From assembly GCA_050633245.1 (NCBI GenBank), contig JBOEGD010000003.1:15011-76241 (forward strand): a DNA stretch of 61,231 nucleotides, read 5' to 3'. Both the position numbers and the translations under genes were made by a program. The notes beneath the pieces were generated by a model. That model did not search any database, was not told the origin of the DNA, and saw only the letters and a list, made by a program, of their open reading frames with translations. The stretch is from Calditrichia bacterium. GTDB lineage: Bacteria; Calditrichota; Calditrichia; RBG-13-44-9; J075. Of this stretch, positions 47,246-57,502 are shown piece by piece. Positions within the stretch are counted from its first letter, which is position 1; each line of letters starts with the position of its first letter.

Positions 47246-49495
47246 CTAATACTGCACACCCAATGTAACGTAATAGCGTCTATCGCGGAGCGCAAGATTT
47301 TCGATTTGAAACTCATCGTCCAACAAGTTACGGGCGCTAAGGTTCAAAATCAATTTTAGGCGGGAAGAGGGTTCAAATGCTTTACTAAAGTGCAGGTCAA
47401 CATTTTCATAGGATGGTATTTTGATAGCTTCATCGATGTTGCGTAGCAGGCCGACTTGCTCACCTTCACGGAAGGCGTGCAGCTGCAATGAATAGCCAGC
47501 CTGATCCAGGTGCATATTCACAGTCAACTTACTATCGTGTTTGAAGGGAAACGTCTCGGCGTCCGAAAAGAAGTACTTCGACGCGCTAAATTCGAGGGTC
47601 ATTTTCTTCTTAAAGAAGTAGAGCGCTTCACTCGTTTCAAAACCGGTGATATCGGCACGGTCAACATTTTCATAGGTATAAACCGGCGTTCCGGGAGAGA
47701 TATAGCTACGCAGCTTATCGCGGTACAGATTGCGAAAAAAACCACCGGATATCTTCCAGCCGGAGAAATTACCTTCACTGGCACCGTTTCCGGTAATATC
47801 GAATCCCAGCTCAAATCCGTCGTTTAGCTCGGAGCGTAAGCTGGTACTGCTTTCTTCAACAAGAAACGTATTAACCGAACTTATCTGCTGGAGCAGGCTG
47901 GGAAATTTTACGCTCCGGCCAAAGTTAATAAACCAGTTATAGGCCATAGTGCCGGTATTTCCACCCATGCCGGTAGAGAACTTCAGCATGCTGGCGCGCC
48001 ATTTTGCTCCTAAATCTGCATTTTCAACGCGTTCACCACTCTCAAAGAACTTATCTGAGACGCTATCATAACGAAGGCTCACATCAATATGTGCTCGGTT
48101 AACAATTTTGGAGTTAGTAGCAATATTAAGTTTTAGCAGCGAGCTAAAACCGTGGTTGTATCGCCTCATATCAATTGGATCTGTTGGGATTTGCGAGACA
48201 AGCGAAATGCGTTCATCCCGAAAAGAGAGCTTTTCATTACGGAACTGATAGCCGACCATCAGCTTAAATGGCGCAAGACTCATCTCTCGCAATGCGTTAA
48301 AGTGAACGGCTCTGTTTTTGAGCAAACGATCTAAGAATGATGTGCTGTCTGCAGAAAAAGAGTCTTCACGAAGACGCAGAAATTGATTTTCATCGAGCCA
48401 TTGATAGGCACCAGACAATTCCAGATTATCCAGTTTGCCAATTGCACCGGTATAACGGGCAGTCAGCATCCGACTGGACGTTTTCAATTCTTCGGCATCG
48501 CGCTCATTTTTATAATCCAGGTTTGCACGCAGGTAGGCCAATCCGAGAGTGGATTTCGGATCCCCAGCGGCATCTTCAGAAAAGTTATACCCAACTGTTG
48601 CAGTCTGATACTCCGATTCGTTCTCTAAAATGCGGTTACCGACTTCTTCTCCGATATAATTGCGGCGTGCCCCCCCGCGTTTCAGGCTGAGTGAGCCGTA
48701 CATTTTTCCGGCGCGCTCATGAAGCTGCAGCCCCCAATTGCCGGAGTCGTATGAACCAAACTGCTGCTGTACGCGAATATTATAATCCGGTTGCGAGCGT
48801 GGCTGCACATTAACCACACCGGAAAAGGCTTCCGAACCATAGAGTGAGGTTTGACTTCCTTTAATGATCTCGAAGGTCTCGACGTCAGAAAGATTCAGCA
48901 GAGACAAATCAAAGACATTATCAAATGCCCGATTAAGCTTGAAGCCATTGTAAAGAACAATCACCTCATCGGAATTACCACCGCGAATGGAAACCGTCTT
49001 TTTTCCACTTAACTGTTCATCAATCTGAATACTGTTATCCGTTTTCAGAAGATCTCCAGCATCGATGTATCCACGCAAATCGAACTTTTCATTCTCATAG
49101 ATACTAATTGCAGCGGCAACAGCGTTGTCGTCCAGGGAGTTATCCTGGCCGGAAACAGTAATTTGTGCTACCGGTACAACACGTTCTTGCAGGTAAATAT
49201 TGGGATTAGAGAGAATCACTTCAATGGTGCTCTCCAGCGTATCATAACCGACATGCTGGAACATAACAATCATTTCCGGGTCGGGGTCGAGAACTTTGAG
49301 GCTAAATCTTCCGGCACTATTGGAAACCGTACCGATTTTCAATTGTTCTATTACGACGTTTACGCCGGTAATTGCCCGCCGGGTATTTGTATCACGTACT
49401 TTTCCCTGCAGCAGTACATGCTGAGCATGTAATGCAAACGTGCACAAACAAAATAATATGCAGATGACTGAACGTCTCCACATAAGAAACCCCAA
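47246..49495 (-). CDS. TonB-dependent receptor (tandem paralog)
   Basis: LQGKVRDTNT, SIRGG, EIIKGSQTSLYGSEAFSGVVNV, end ARNLLDD...YYVTLGVQY. Confidence 0.88.
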   Translation of the reverse strand: MGFLMWRRSVICILFCLCTFALHAQHVLLQGKVRDTNTRRAITGVNVVIEQLKIGTVSNSAGRFSLKVLDPDPEMIVMFQHVGYDTLESTIEVILSNPNIYLQERVVPVAQITVSGQDNSLDDNAVAAAISIYENEKFDLRGYIDAGDLLKTDNSIQIDEQLSGKKTVSIRGGNSDEVIVLYNGFKLNRAFDNVFDLSLLNLSDVETFEIIKGSQTSLYGSEAFSGVVNVQPRSQPDYNIRVQQQFGSYDSGNWGLQLHERAGKMYGSLSLKRGGARRNYIGEEVGNRILENESEYQTATVGYNFSEDAAGDPKSTLGLAYLRANLDYKNERDAEELKTSSRMLTARYTGAIGKLDNLELSGAYQWLDENQFLRLREDSFSADSTSFLDRLLKNRAVHFNALREMSLAPFKLMVGYQFRNEKLSFRDERISLVSQIPTDPIDMRRYNHGFSSLLKLNIATNSKIVNRAHIDVSLRYDSVSDKFFESGERVENADLGAKWRASMLKFSTGMGGNTGTMAYNWFINFGRSVKFPSLLQQISSVNTFLVEESSTSLRSELNDGFELGFDITGNGASEGNFSGWKISGGFFRNLYRDKLRSYISPGTPVYTYENVDRADITGFETSEALYFFKKKMTLEFSASKYFFSDAETFPFKHDSKLTVNMHLDQAGYSLQLHAFREGEQVGLLRNIDEAIKIPSYENVDLHFSKAFEPSSRLKLILNLSARNLLDDEFQIENLALRDRRYYVTLGVQY

Positions 49496-49838
49496 GGTTT
49501 AGTCACAACTCCGCGAGAAAAAAATTCCGTTTCCCAACGCCGTTATCATGCAATTTATTGAAGTAGTATCGACTTTAAAGAGTATTGGTATTAACCAACT
49601 CTCTCATTTAGTTCAAAAATAGTACCAGAATCAAGCACAAACAAAGTCATTTTCAATAATAACAATTAGTTAGGAAGCAAACAAGATTGGCTTTGGATAA
49701 AGGTGAGACACAGATTTACCTGTAAAAGTGGGAAAATTATTTCCTATTTTGGATAAAACCAGGGATTTTGTTCCAAAACCGGCGACACCACGCGTTAATT
49801 TTACGCTCCCCTGCAGTGCCGCCGTATTGGATTTACCC

Positions 49839-52310
49839 CTATTCGATAATGATATCTGTTTCGCCAGTTGCAGCATCCAGCTTTCCGGCTTTCCGCCGAC
49901 GCATTTGCATCACCTGATACACCAGGCTCACCCACAAGGCAAAGAAAAAGAGCATGGTTAGAAATGCTGAAAATGACCAGGTAATAACGACAAGACCAAG
50001 TAGCACAAACGGCGTCATACCGGATTCAGCCATGCGACGAAGCGCTGGCAAATGCTCACGATAGGTTTCCAGAACGGAAGCCCCGTAATTCCCAACACGA
50101 ATCAACAGGGTACGTAAACGGTTTCGGGACAAATAAATAAGCAGCGCGATCAACGCGTACACAGCCCAGCGCAATGCATCGGCGACCCAGAGTTGAACAT
50201 AAGACACGTCCATAGTGAGTGGATCGTCCGGATTAATAATCGTGCGGGCAAAACGGTAAACCTGTCCACTTGTTGGAATTTCAAGGTGAACGGGCAACAC
50301 CCCCGCAGACTGTGCCCCAACATTGCGACCGCGCTGTTCCATACGTCCGCCAAACTCCATTTCAGCAGCAACCTGCTCGGAGAGTTCTTTGGATTCTACA
50401 GAGTTATTGCGAAAAGAACTTGAGACTTCGCCAGCGTAGGCTTTTTTCATTTTATCGGCACGTGCTGCTGCAGGCGCATTCTGATCGTCCAGTGCCAATG
50501 CTTCATTCATCTGACGACTATCATAACGTCGTTGCGACTGTCCAAATACATTCACACCACGAATAATCTCTTCTTTCTCAAGACTGGAGTTGAAGTAGGT
50601 ATAGGAATAATCGTTAGGCAGGTAAACCGACCAAAGAATTTGGCTGGTCATAAGATCGACTGCCGGCAATGTCGCACTTCGCGAGCCAAACCAGCTGAAG
50701 CCTGTCTCTGAAAGCGCATAAATCACCTCGACCGGAAAGGCCTTAAGCATATTATTTTCCCGATTGGAACGCAATAGCGGCACCAACAGCTTACGGTCTT
50801 TGTTGAGAGACGACTCGACGGGTTTGTTATCGACAAATACGCTCCAAACATCTGCATCTTCGGGCAGCTCCAGCTCAAGAAACTGCTTCGCGCTATTCTT
50901 GATTTGATAAATAATGCGATTGACCAGCTTGCCGTCTTCGGTTAAAAGCGTTACTACGTTTGCCGAACTAATTGCCGCAACCGGGACGGCAACCTTCTCA
51001 TGTTTTTCGATATCAAGCAGCAAATTAAAAGGATGCTTCAAATATTTGAAGCCCATCATCAATGGCTTAGCAGATCGAGAGATTAACTGTTGTGGTAACT
51101 TTTGCGGGGCAACGGGCTCGAGTCCCTTATTTTCTGTTACTGTAACCTGAGCACTTGTATTTAGCTCAATCCCAATGGAACCGGTTTCCCGCACCGAATC
51201 CAGAACTCTAATTCCGGAAAACGCATTGATGGTAGCCTTATTGCTCAGCGGTGTTTCAGTGATAACCGTAATCTGAACATTGCCCTTTTTTCCATAGGTA
51301 AACGGAATGTTCAGCACCTGCATATTTTGCTGAGTGCCCTCCTGCCATTCACCAACACCTTCGCCGTAAACGCCCAGCACATTCATGCCCTCCGGAACAA
51401 CAACACGAACTGCATCGACTTCGCTATGTAAAATAGTATAATTGATTTCGGATCGTGTTTTAAGAGCGTCATCTTCAATAGAGATCAAATGATTAACGTC
51501 GCTGTAGAGCTTGGCCGGAATCTTTTCTGCAGCCTCAACCTGCTTGCGCCAGCGAACGCTGATAGCACTGCCAGGAGTAATTACTGCGCTGACGCGAGTG
51601 GCCTTCTTTTGCGGGCTGATAACCAGGTTTTGCGCTTGAGGAATTTCCACATCAATTTCGTTTCGTGGAATTTGCAAGGAAAAAAGAGTGATGGGTGTCT
51701 TTTGAATCGGCAGATCAATTTTTTGTGGTCCGCGATCGAGAGAAGACTTCAGCGAGAATGTGGCTGTAACCGTATAGTCGCCATTCCCAACAAGGACAAT
51801 CTGATGATAGCCATTCTCTGTAACAACCAGCGCTTGCTTACCGTTTACGCTGAGATTGCGCAATGCAAGGCTCTGCGGCAGCACCGGAACTTTATGAAAT
51901 GCTTCATCAGTGAGCACCCGGATTGAGAATTCCGCAAGGAACTCGGCATTATTTTGCTTCAGCTCACCGCTGTAGCTGGCTTTTGTTATGAGATAAGCAA
52001 ATGGAGGTTTCTGAGCATTTGCAGTAGGCTGCTTCATTGCATCGATCAGCTTCTGAAACTCAGCGCGCGTAAGCGTTACGTTTCCATCGTTCACAGCATG
52101 TGGCGGTGCGGCCTGCTGCCCGGATTGTGCTAACAGCTTGTGAAACGTAGCAACCGGTATTACGATCTTATTTTCATCCAGATTCAATAACCGCTTGAAC
52201 TCTTCCCACGGCACCGTTAATTCCCCACCATTATCTCCTGAATTTTGTGCAAGAGCCATACCGCTCAACAATAAACCAACTGCAATAACGCACCAGAAAA
52301 TCCCTTTCAT
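49839..52310 (-). CDS. Large exported hypothetical protein with C-terminal membrane anchor
   Basis: Signal peptide, beta-rich repeats, AGVLPVHLEIPTSGQVYRF, C-terminal TMs; GGAGG RBS. Confidence 0.7.
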   Translation of the reverse strand: MKGIFWCVIAVGLLLSGMALAQNSGDNGGELTVPWEEFKRLLNLDENKIVIPVATFHKLLAQSGQQAAPPHAVNDGNVTLTRAEFQKLIDAMKQPTANAQKPPFAYLITKASYSGELKQNNAEFLAEFSIRVLTDEAFHKVPVLPQSLALRNLSVNGKQALVVTENGYHQIVLVGNGDYTVTATFSLKSSLDRGPQKIDLPIQKTPITLFSLQIPRNEIDVEIPQAQNLVISPQKKATRVSAVITPGSAISVRWRKQVEAAEKIPAKLYSDVNHLISIEDDALKTRSEINYTILHSEVDAVRVVVPEGMNVLGVYGEGVGEWQEGTQQNMQVLNIPFTYGKKGNVQITVITETPLSNKATINAFSGIRVLDSVRETGSIGIELNTSAQVTVTENKGLEPVAPQKLPQQLISRSAKPLMMGFKYLKHPFNLLLDIEKHEKVAVPVAAISSANVVTLLTEDGKLVNRIIYQIKNSAKQFLELELPEDADVWSVFVDNKPVESSLNKDRKLLVPLLRSNRENNMLKAFPVEVIYALSETGFSWFGSRSATLPAVDLMTSQILWSVYLPNDYSYTYFNSSLEKEEIIRGVNVFGQSQRRYDSRQMNEALALDDQNAPAAARADKMKKAYAGEVSSSFRNNSVESKELSEQVAAEMEFGGRMEQRGRNVGAQSAGVLPVHLEIPTSGQVYRFARTIINPDDPLTMDVSYVQLWVADALRWAVYALIALLIYLSRNRLRTLLIRVGNYGASVLETYREHLPALRRMAESGMTPFVLLGLVVITWSFSAFLTMLFFFALWVSLVYQVMQMRRRKAGKLDAATGETDIIIE

Positions 52311-52401
52311 CCTGAAGTCCTCCGTTAGAATAGATACAAAAGCGTGACGTGATTTTTACTATTCATGTCGTGAGGGCAAAAAAGGTGAATGAGAATTAAA
52401 A

Positions 52402-52610
52402 GATCGCTTCGCCCTACGGCCTGCGCTGGTAGTGGCTAGGACGTGCCTTCGGCACTGTAGGAAAAAATTTTTTACTACAAGTGGAGAAAAGCGGAACGAC
52501 CTACCAGCGAACGAAGTAAGCGATCCAGGAGCTACGAAGTGGCGGCCCAATAAGGACGCGCTGTGGAACGCCCTACAGGCTACTAAGTGACGTCCTACCG
52601 CCAAAGCGGT
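52402..52610 (+). repeat. Modular interspersed palindromic element, copy 2
   Basis: GATCGCTTCGCCCTACGGCCTGCGCTGGTAGTGGCTAGGACG... and ACTACAAGTGGAGAAAAGCGGAACGACCTACCAGC match the reverse complement of 29095-29321. Confidence 0.72.
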
Positions 52611-53207
52611 CTATTCAGCTGACGGTAATAGGCGATCGCGAAGTTTGTTCATACCGAGTCTGATACGGGTTTTAACCGTGCCGAGAGGAATTTGCAGCTT
52701 TTCAGCGATTTCCGATTGGCTATAGCCTTCGAAATAAGCCATTTCAATCAACATTCGCTGTTCTTGAGGAAGGCGATTAAGGTGGATGCGCAACACGTCG
52801 CCGCGCTGCGTATTGAGAGTATCCTGCATTGGATTACTGGCACCCGGCATTGCGAGCGTTTCTTCATTGATCGCAACAGATTTTTGACGGCGTTTTTCGC
52901 GACTGCGCAGGGCATCGATGCAGCGGTTGCGACAGAGGATAGACAACCAGCCTGGAAGATACCCACGCTGCGTATCAAAGCTGTCGGCTTTTTTCCATAC
53001 GTTGAGAAAAACTTCCTGAAGCACATCATCTGCCAAAACGGGATCACGTAGAATCTTCATTGCCAAACCATACAGTTTGGGTGAATAGCGATCATACAAT
53101 TCCGAGAATGCCGCAACGTTTTGCGCGGCAACCTGCAAAATTAGTATCTCATCACTGAGAAGAGAAAAATCTGTTGAAGACTTTGCACTCATCCGATGCT
53201 TGTTCAA
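52611..53207 (-). CDS. ECF sigma-70 factor (SigK-like)
   Basis: AFSELYDRY, DDVLQEVFLNVW, WLSILCRNRCIDALR, YFEGYSQSEIAEKLQIPLGTVKTRIR. Confidence 0.92.
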   Translation of the reverse strand: MNKHRMSAKSSTDFSLLSDEILILQVAAQNVAAFSELYDRYSPKLYGLAMKILRDPVLADDVLQEVFLNVWKKADSFDTQRGYLPGWLSILCRNRCIDALRSREKRRQKSVAINEETLAMPGASNPMQDTLNTQRGDVLRIHLNRLPQEQRMLIEMAYFEGYSQSEIAEKLQIPLGTVKTRIRLGMNKLRDRLLPSAE

Positions 53208-53270
53208 TCCATTAGTCGTTACAAATTCGTTTCACTACAAAAAGCAAGCAGAGTTAAGTCCGATTGGATG

Positions 53271-54131
53271 TTAATTTACTGTGGCCAGAAAAAGCATATC
53301 GCCGGTTGGCAGCGGGCTGCCGCCTTTAGGTTCAACTGTTACGGCAAATGCGCTTAGGACATCTTCAGGAATTGTATCAATATTTAGCGTTGCCTGTCCT
53401 TCAGAATTTACCTTGAGCAAACCTGCATCTATGGGTTGAGATCCTTCCAGCATCCAAACTTGGTAATCTTTACCTTCAGCTGCTTGAGGCATCTCCGAGA
53501 CGACAACTAAAGCGCGACCCAGCTCCGGAGTAAATAATACGTTTCCGCGAGCACCGTCTGGTGTGCCTTCAAAACCATTGAATGCAAGTATGCCCAGACC
53601 GGGAGCACAAGCAATCGTAAGCAGACGGTTACCCTCGGCAAGATCTCCTTCAAGTCGCTCGATCAGTTTACCACTAATTGCAACCTGACTGCGAAGTTGA
53701 GAGATTTCCGTCTGAAGCTGATAGATAAAATAGCCAAGCGCCATTATCAACATTGCCGCGATTGCAGTGGCGGCAAGAGAGAACTGTTTCCAGCGATTGG
53801 CTGTTTGGATTGGCGTAACAGTAGCTTTTTTGGAAGAAGCCTTTCGTGATGGCGGCTTTTCCGGGTTGGCTGTAGGTTCCACAATATCTAGTAAATTTCT
53901 TTTAATAGCAGCGGTAGGAGTAAGCGGTTCAATCTCTTCGCAAATGGCAATAGTAACGGCCTGCATCTCTGCAAACAATTCAACGGCCTCAGGATCCTGA
54001 AGCTCAAGCAACATCTCGAAGCTACTTTTTTCCTGACCTTCAAGAGCTCCAAGCGCATATAGCGCAGCCTGCTCTTCAAGCATTTCACGGTTAATTGGGG
54101 CCACTCGCCCGCTGTCATTAATATCTACCAT
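53271..54131 (-). CDS. Anti-sigma factor, RskA family
   Basis: ALYALGALE N-domain, one TM, KDYQVWM...PIDAGLL...FAVTVEPKGGSPLPTG. Confidence 0.88.
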   Translation of the reverse strand: MVDINDSGRVAPINREMLEEQAALYALGALEGQEKSSFEMLLELQDPEAVELFAEMQAVTIAICEEIEPLTPTAAIKRNLLDIVEPTANPEKPPSRKASSKKATVTPIQTANRWKQFSLAATAIAAMLIMALGYFIYQLQTEISQLRSQVAISGKLIERLEGDLAEGNRLLTIACAPGLGILAFNGFEGTPDGARGNVLFTPELGRALVVVSEMPQAAEGKDYQVWMLEGSQPIDAGLLKVNSEGQATLNIDTIPEDVLSAFAVTVEPKGGSPLPTGDMLFLATVN

Positions 54132-54505
54132 CTTATGAAATAACTACGCCTCAACGTTTCCAATTGGATTGCTTATTGAGAGAAGTTAGGGATTTTATAG
54201 TATGATAGCAAGAATTTCAATCGTCTATATCCGGCAAAGAGTCCCGTAAGAAAATAGTGGAAAACCATTTAGAAGGAGAGAAAAATGAATACTAAATAAG
54301 AAAGTATTCAAAATTTTCAGAGATTTAAAGAATATAGAGTACACCGTCTAGCTCACAAAAACTGCTCCATTGTGAGAATGCTCCAGTTGTCGTAAAAAGC
54401 AGGGCACGCTGCCCCCAGCCTCTAATCTTTCTACAGACCGTACAGAGTAGTGATCGATCATTCGGCTGACAGCCTTTCTTTTCAATCATACCGTGGATTG
54501 TTTGT

Positions 54506-56359
54506 TTACGGAACAGCTTTACCATACATGCGGAGAATGAGAGCCAAAAGCACCAAAGAAGCGGCCAGTGAGATATACCAGGGCATGCCAAATCCGACAG
54601 GAAGAGTGCCCACAAACAGTGCAATTCCTCCGGTTGTCGCAGCATATGGCATTTGTGTACGCACATGATCCATAAGATCGCAGCCCGTTGCCATACTGGT
54701 TAAAATTGTTGTATCGGAAATGGGTGAGCAGTGATCGGCCCAGACCGCACCACACAACACGCAGGCGATATTAGAATACAGAATGTGCATATTGTCAGGC
54801 GTTGCGCCACCATTAGTTTGTAATACCGCCCAGGTAAGCGGAATAACCAGAGGCATCAAAATGGCCATCACACCCCAACTGGAGCCGGAGCCAAATGCGG
54901 TTATTGCCGCGATTAAAAATACGATAAACGGCAGAATCTGCATTGGTAGCGATTCGCCAAGCAGCGAAACGATGTAGTCAGCGGTGTGCAATGTGCTGGA
55001 AATATCGGCAAGTGCCCATGCGAGTACCAAAACAATAATTCCGGTAAGCATAAAGCGTACGCCACCAAACCAGGCATTGAATACTTCGTCCAGACTCAGC
55101 AAGCGCTGGAACACCGATAAGCCACCAGCCACAACCACGCTTAATATTGTCCCATACATAAGCGCCTTATAAGAGTCGGCGCTACCAAGAATGGCTTGAA
55201 TGGTATCCCCTTCACCAGTTATATAGATTGTTGCCATAACCGAAACGATAAGCGTTATAATCGGCAAAAGAGCATTAATGGCTCGCATCGGGATGTTTGG
55301 TTTTACCTGAAAATCGGTATCTTCCACACCGATTTGAGGATCCATAATACTCGGATCTGCAGAGAAACGAGCATTTACTTCGGCATCATACATCGCACCA
55401 TAATCGCGGCCGCTAAAAGCAATTAATGCCACAAAAACAATTGCCAGAATCGGGTAAAAGCTATAGGGGATGGAATTGAGAAATAGAAGGTACGCCGATT
55501 CATTTAGGCCATCAAGTTTCTTAGTGGCATCCGCAATTAAGCCAACCTGAAATCCAATCCAGGTAGTGACAACAGCAATCGATGCAACAGGAGCAGAAGT
55601 AGAGTCTACTAAAAAAGCCAATTTCTCGCGCGACACTTTTAGCTTATCACAAAGCATTCTGGAGGTATTACCAACAATCAGCGTATTTGCATAATCATCG
55701 AAAAATATAAATAGCCCAAGCAACCAAACCGAGACCTGGCCTTTCCACGGTGTATTAGCTCGCTGAACCACAAAGTTTACAATTCCATGCATTCCACCAT
55801 TACGCGAAATAATTCCAACCATCCCACCGAGCATAAATGTAAACAGCATGATCGCGGCATGATCGGCATTGATAAAGGTGCTCAATACATAAATTTGAAA
55901 AGTGTCTAATAATCCGAAGTAAATGCCGCTGAACGATAATCCATTTGCCGCCCAACTACCAAACCAAATAGCCAGGAAGAGTGCCGGAACAACTGCTCGC
56001 GTTAAGAATGCCAGCAGGATCGCAATAAATGATGGCAATAAGGCTATCCACGGGGGAATAGAGCGCGTTTCAACCGATGTGAGAATGGTTTGGCCACGCA
56101 ATAATTTGAAGATGTGCTGCCCGCTTTCTGAAACTGTAACATCCTCAAATCTCCAGGAACCATCGCTTGACCGCGATAACTCATAGGCCTTACCACCGGC
56201 TTTTAAAATGAGTGCATCCTGCACTTCACCAAGAACTGGTACATCGAACGAAACATCATTCAGCAGAATACCGGGAAGCTGCATCTCTTGAGCTGCAAGC
56301 GAGGAAATACCCACGAAAGTGAAGATTAATACGATCAGTAAAGGGCGAAGAAATGACAT
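54506..56359 (-). CDS. Na+/H+ antiporter NhaC family protein with N-terminal extracytoplasmic extension
   Basis: FFDDYAN, SREKLAFLVDSTSAP, GSSWG and DHCSPISDTTILTS...DHVRTQMPYA. Confidence 0.88.
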   Translation of the reverse strand: MSFLRPLLIVLIFTFVGISSLAAQEMQLPGILLNDVSFDVPVLGEVQDALILKAGGKAYELSRSSDGSWRFEDVTVSESGQHIFKLLRGQTILTSVETRSIPPWIALLPSFIAILLAFLTRAVVPALFLAIWFGSWAANGLSFSGIYFGLLDTFQIYVLSTFINADHAAIMLFTFMLGGMVGIISRNGGMHGIVNFVVQRANTPWKGQVSVWLLGLFIFFDDYANTLIVGNTSRMLCDKLKVSREKLAFLVDSTSAPVASIAVVTTWIGFQVGLIADATKKLDGLNESAYLLFLNSIPYSFYPILAIVFVALIAFSGRDYGAMYDAEVNARFSADPSIMDPQIGVEDTDFQVKPNIPMRAINALLPIITLIVSVMATIYITGEGDTIQAILGSADSYKALMYGTILSVVVAGGLSVFQRLLSLDEVFNAWFGGVRFMLTGIIVLVLAWALADISSTLHTADYIVSLLGESLPMQILPFIVFLIAAITAFGSGSSWGVMAILMPLVIPLTWAVLQTNGGATPDNMHILYSNIACVLCGAVWADHCSPISDTTILTSMATGCDLMDHVRTQMPYAATTGGIALFVGTLPVGFGMPWYISLAASLVLLALILRMYGKAVP

Positions 56360-56464
56360 GGACAAATCCTGGGTAGGATGGGCGAGCTGCGCTAAAAAAT
56401 CGATTCTATATGTCTCAAAGCTAACGAATTACATTAACCCGTGCCAATTTCTAAGCATTTTTTC

Positions 56465-56493
56465 TGAAAAGACTGGCAGATAGTGCCAGTCTT
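56465..56493 (-). terminator. Intrinsic terminator after the serine hydrolase gene
   Basis: Minus strand AAGACTGGCA-CTATC-TGCCAGTCTT followed by TTC. Confidence 0.65.
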
Positions 56494-56503
56494 GCTGTGC
56501 AAG

Positions 56504-57502
56504 CTAGTTCTGATTATAGCGTCGATGACCAATACTCGGACTCCACGTTTCACCTTCAAAATACCCCCAGGCAATTCGGGAAACGTCACGGATCAACGTA
56601 AATCCTTCGTTTCCATATTCCCAAGACTCATCTTTTTGATTATTAGTGATTACGCAAAACACATAGTCACCCGATGGAGCATTCACCAAAACAACTTCTG
56701 AACGAGATTTATTTACCGCTCCCTGCTTTGTTGCACTCTGAACAGTTGGAGGAAATTGTGAAATCGCTTCATCACTCCAGTAACTGGTACATAAAATACG
56801 ATACATTTCTTCGCTTGCAGCTTTCGAGACAGCTTTTCCATCGCGAATAAGACATACCAACTCTGCCATTTCGCGAGGCGTCGTTTGACCCCAGCCATAT
56901 TTTTTCCAGTCTTCTTCACGACCAGCTGTACGAGAATTCATACGAGTGCTACTTAAACCATAGTCCTGCATTACAGCATTTATATCAGCACCTCCACCGG
57001 CAAGTTTTTGGCACCAAAGGCTCGCATGATTATCACTATAACTTACCATAAGCCAAGTGAGTTTAGCCGGAGATATTTTCATGCTGTCCTGAAAAGAATC
57101 GAGTATTCCGCCACCGTATGGATAATTGACCACATCTTTTGTCCAAACCAAGGATTCACCATATTTGAGGGAATCCTGCTCCATTTTCTGGAACAATGCA
57201 ACCATTATCGGAACCTTTATCATACTGGCCGTTGGAAAAAGACTGTCTGCATTTATTGACACCGTCTCACCGGTTTTTAAATGCTTCACGTAAATGCCCA
57301 CATCACCATCAAAACTGCGAATGCGTTCTGAAAGCACGAATTCGAGACTTGGCTTCTCTTCCTCACTGCAGGAGAAAGTCACCAGAAATAGACAACAAAA
57401 TACGACAAGTAGCTTAGATTGCCGAGATTTCCACGAAACGCTTCGATACTTTTCAAGCATTTTTTCCTCAAGTCTTTTAACATCAATTTGCGTCTTCCAC
57501 AA
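56504..57502 (-). CDS. Class A beta-lactamase-like serine hydrolase (Beta-lactamase2 family), probable lipoprotein
   Basis: FPTASMIK (SxxK), SDN, TTPREM, and KQG at the KTG position; lipobox-like VTFSC. True start probably downstream of 57502. Confidence 0.8.
   Translation of the reverse strand: MWKTQIDVKRLEEKMLEKYRSVSWKSRQSKLLVVFCCLFLVTFSCSEEEKPSLEFVLSERIRSFDGDVGIYVKHLKTGETVSINADSLFPTASMIKVPIMVALFQKMEQDSLKYGESLVWTKDVVNYPYGGGILDSFQDSMKISPAKLTWLMVSYSDNHASLWCQKLAGGGADINAVMQDYGLSSTRMNSRTAGREEDWKKYGWGQTTPREMAELVCLIRDGKAVSKAASEEMYRILCTSYWSDEAISQFPPTVQSATKQGAVNKSRSEVVLVNAPSGDYVFCVITNNQKDESWEYGNEGFTLIRDVSRIAWGYFEGETWSPSIGHRRYNQN

Noticed and set aside
52359-52604. 81-aa minus-strand ORF
   Set aside because: Coincides with copy 2 of the interspersed repeat.
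56430-56447. TGGCAC motif upstream of the NhaC gene as a sigma54 promoter
   Set aside because: No TTGC at the -12 position.
56504-57502. Bona fide antibiotic-resistance beta-lactamase
   Set aside because: Has SxxK and SDN, but KQG instead of KTG and no clear omega-loop ExxLN; more likely a generic serine hydrolase or PBP-like protein.
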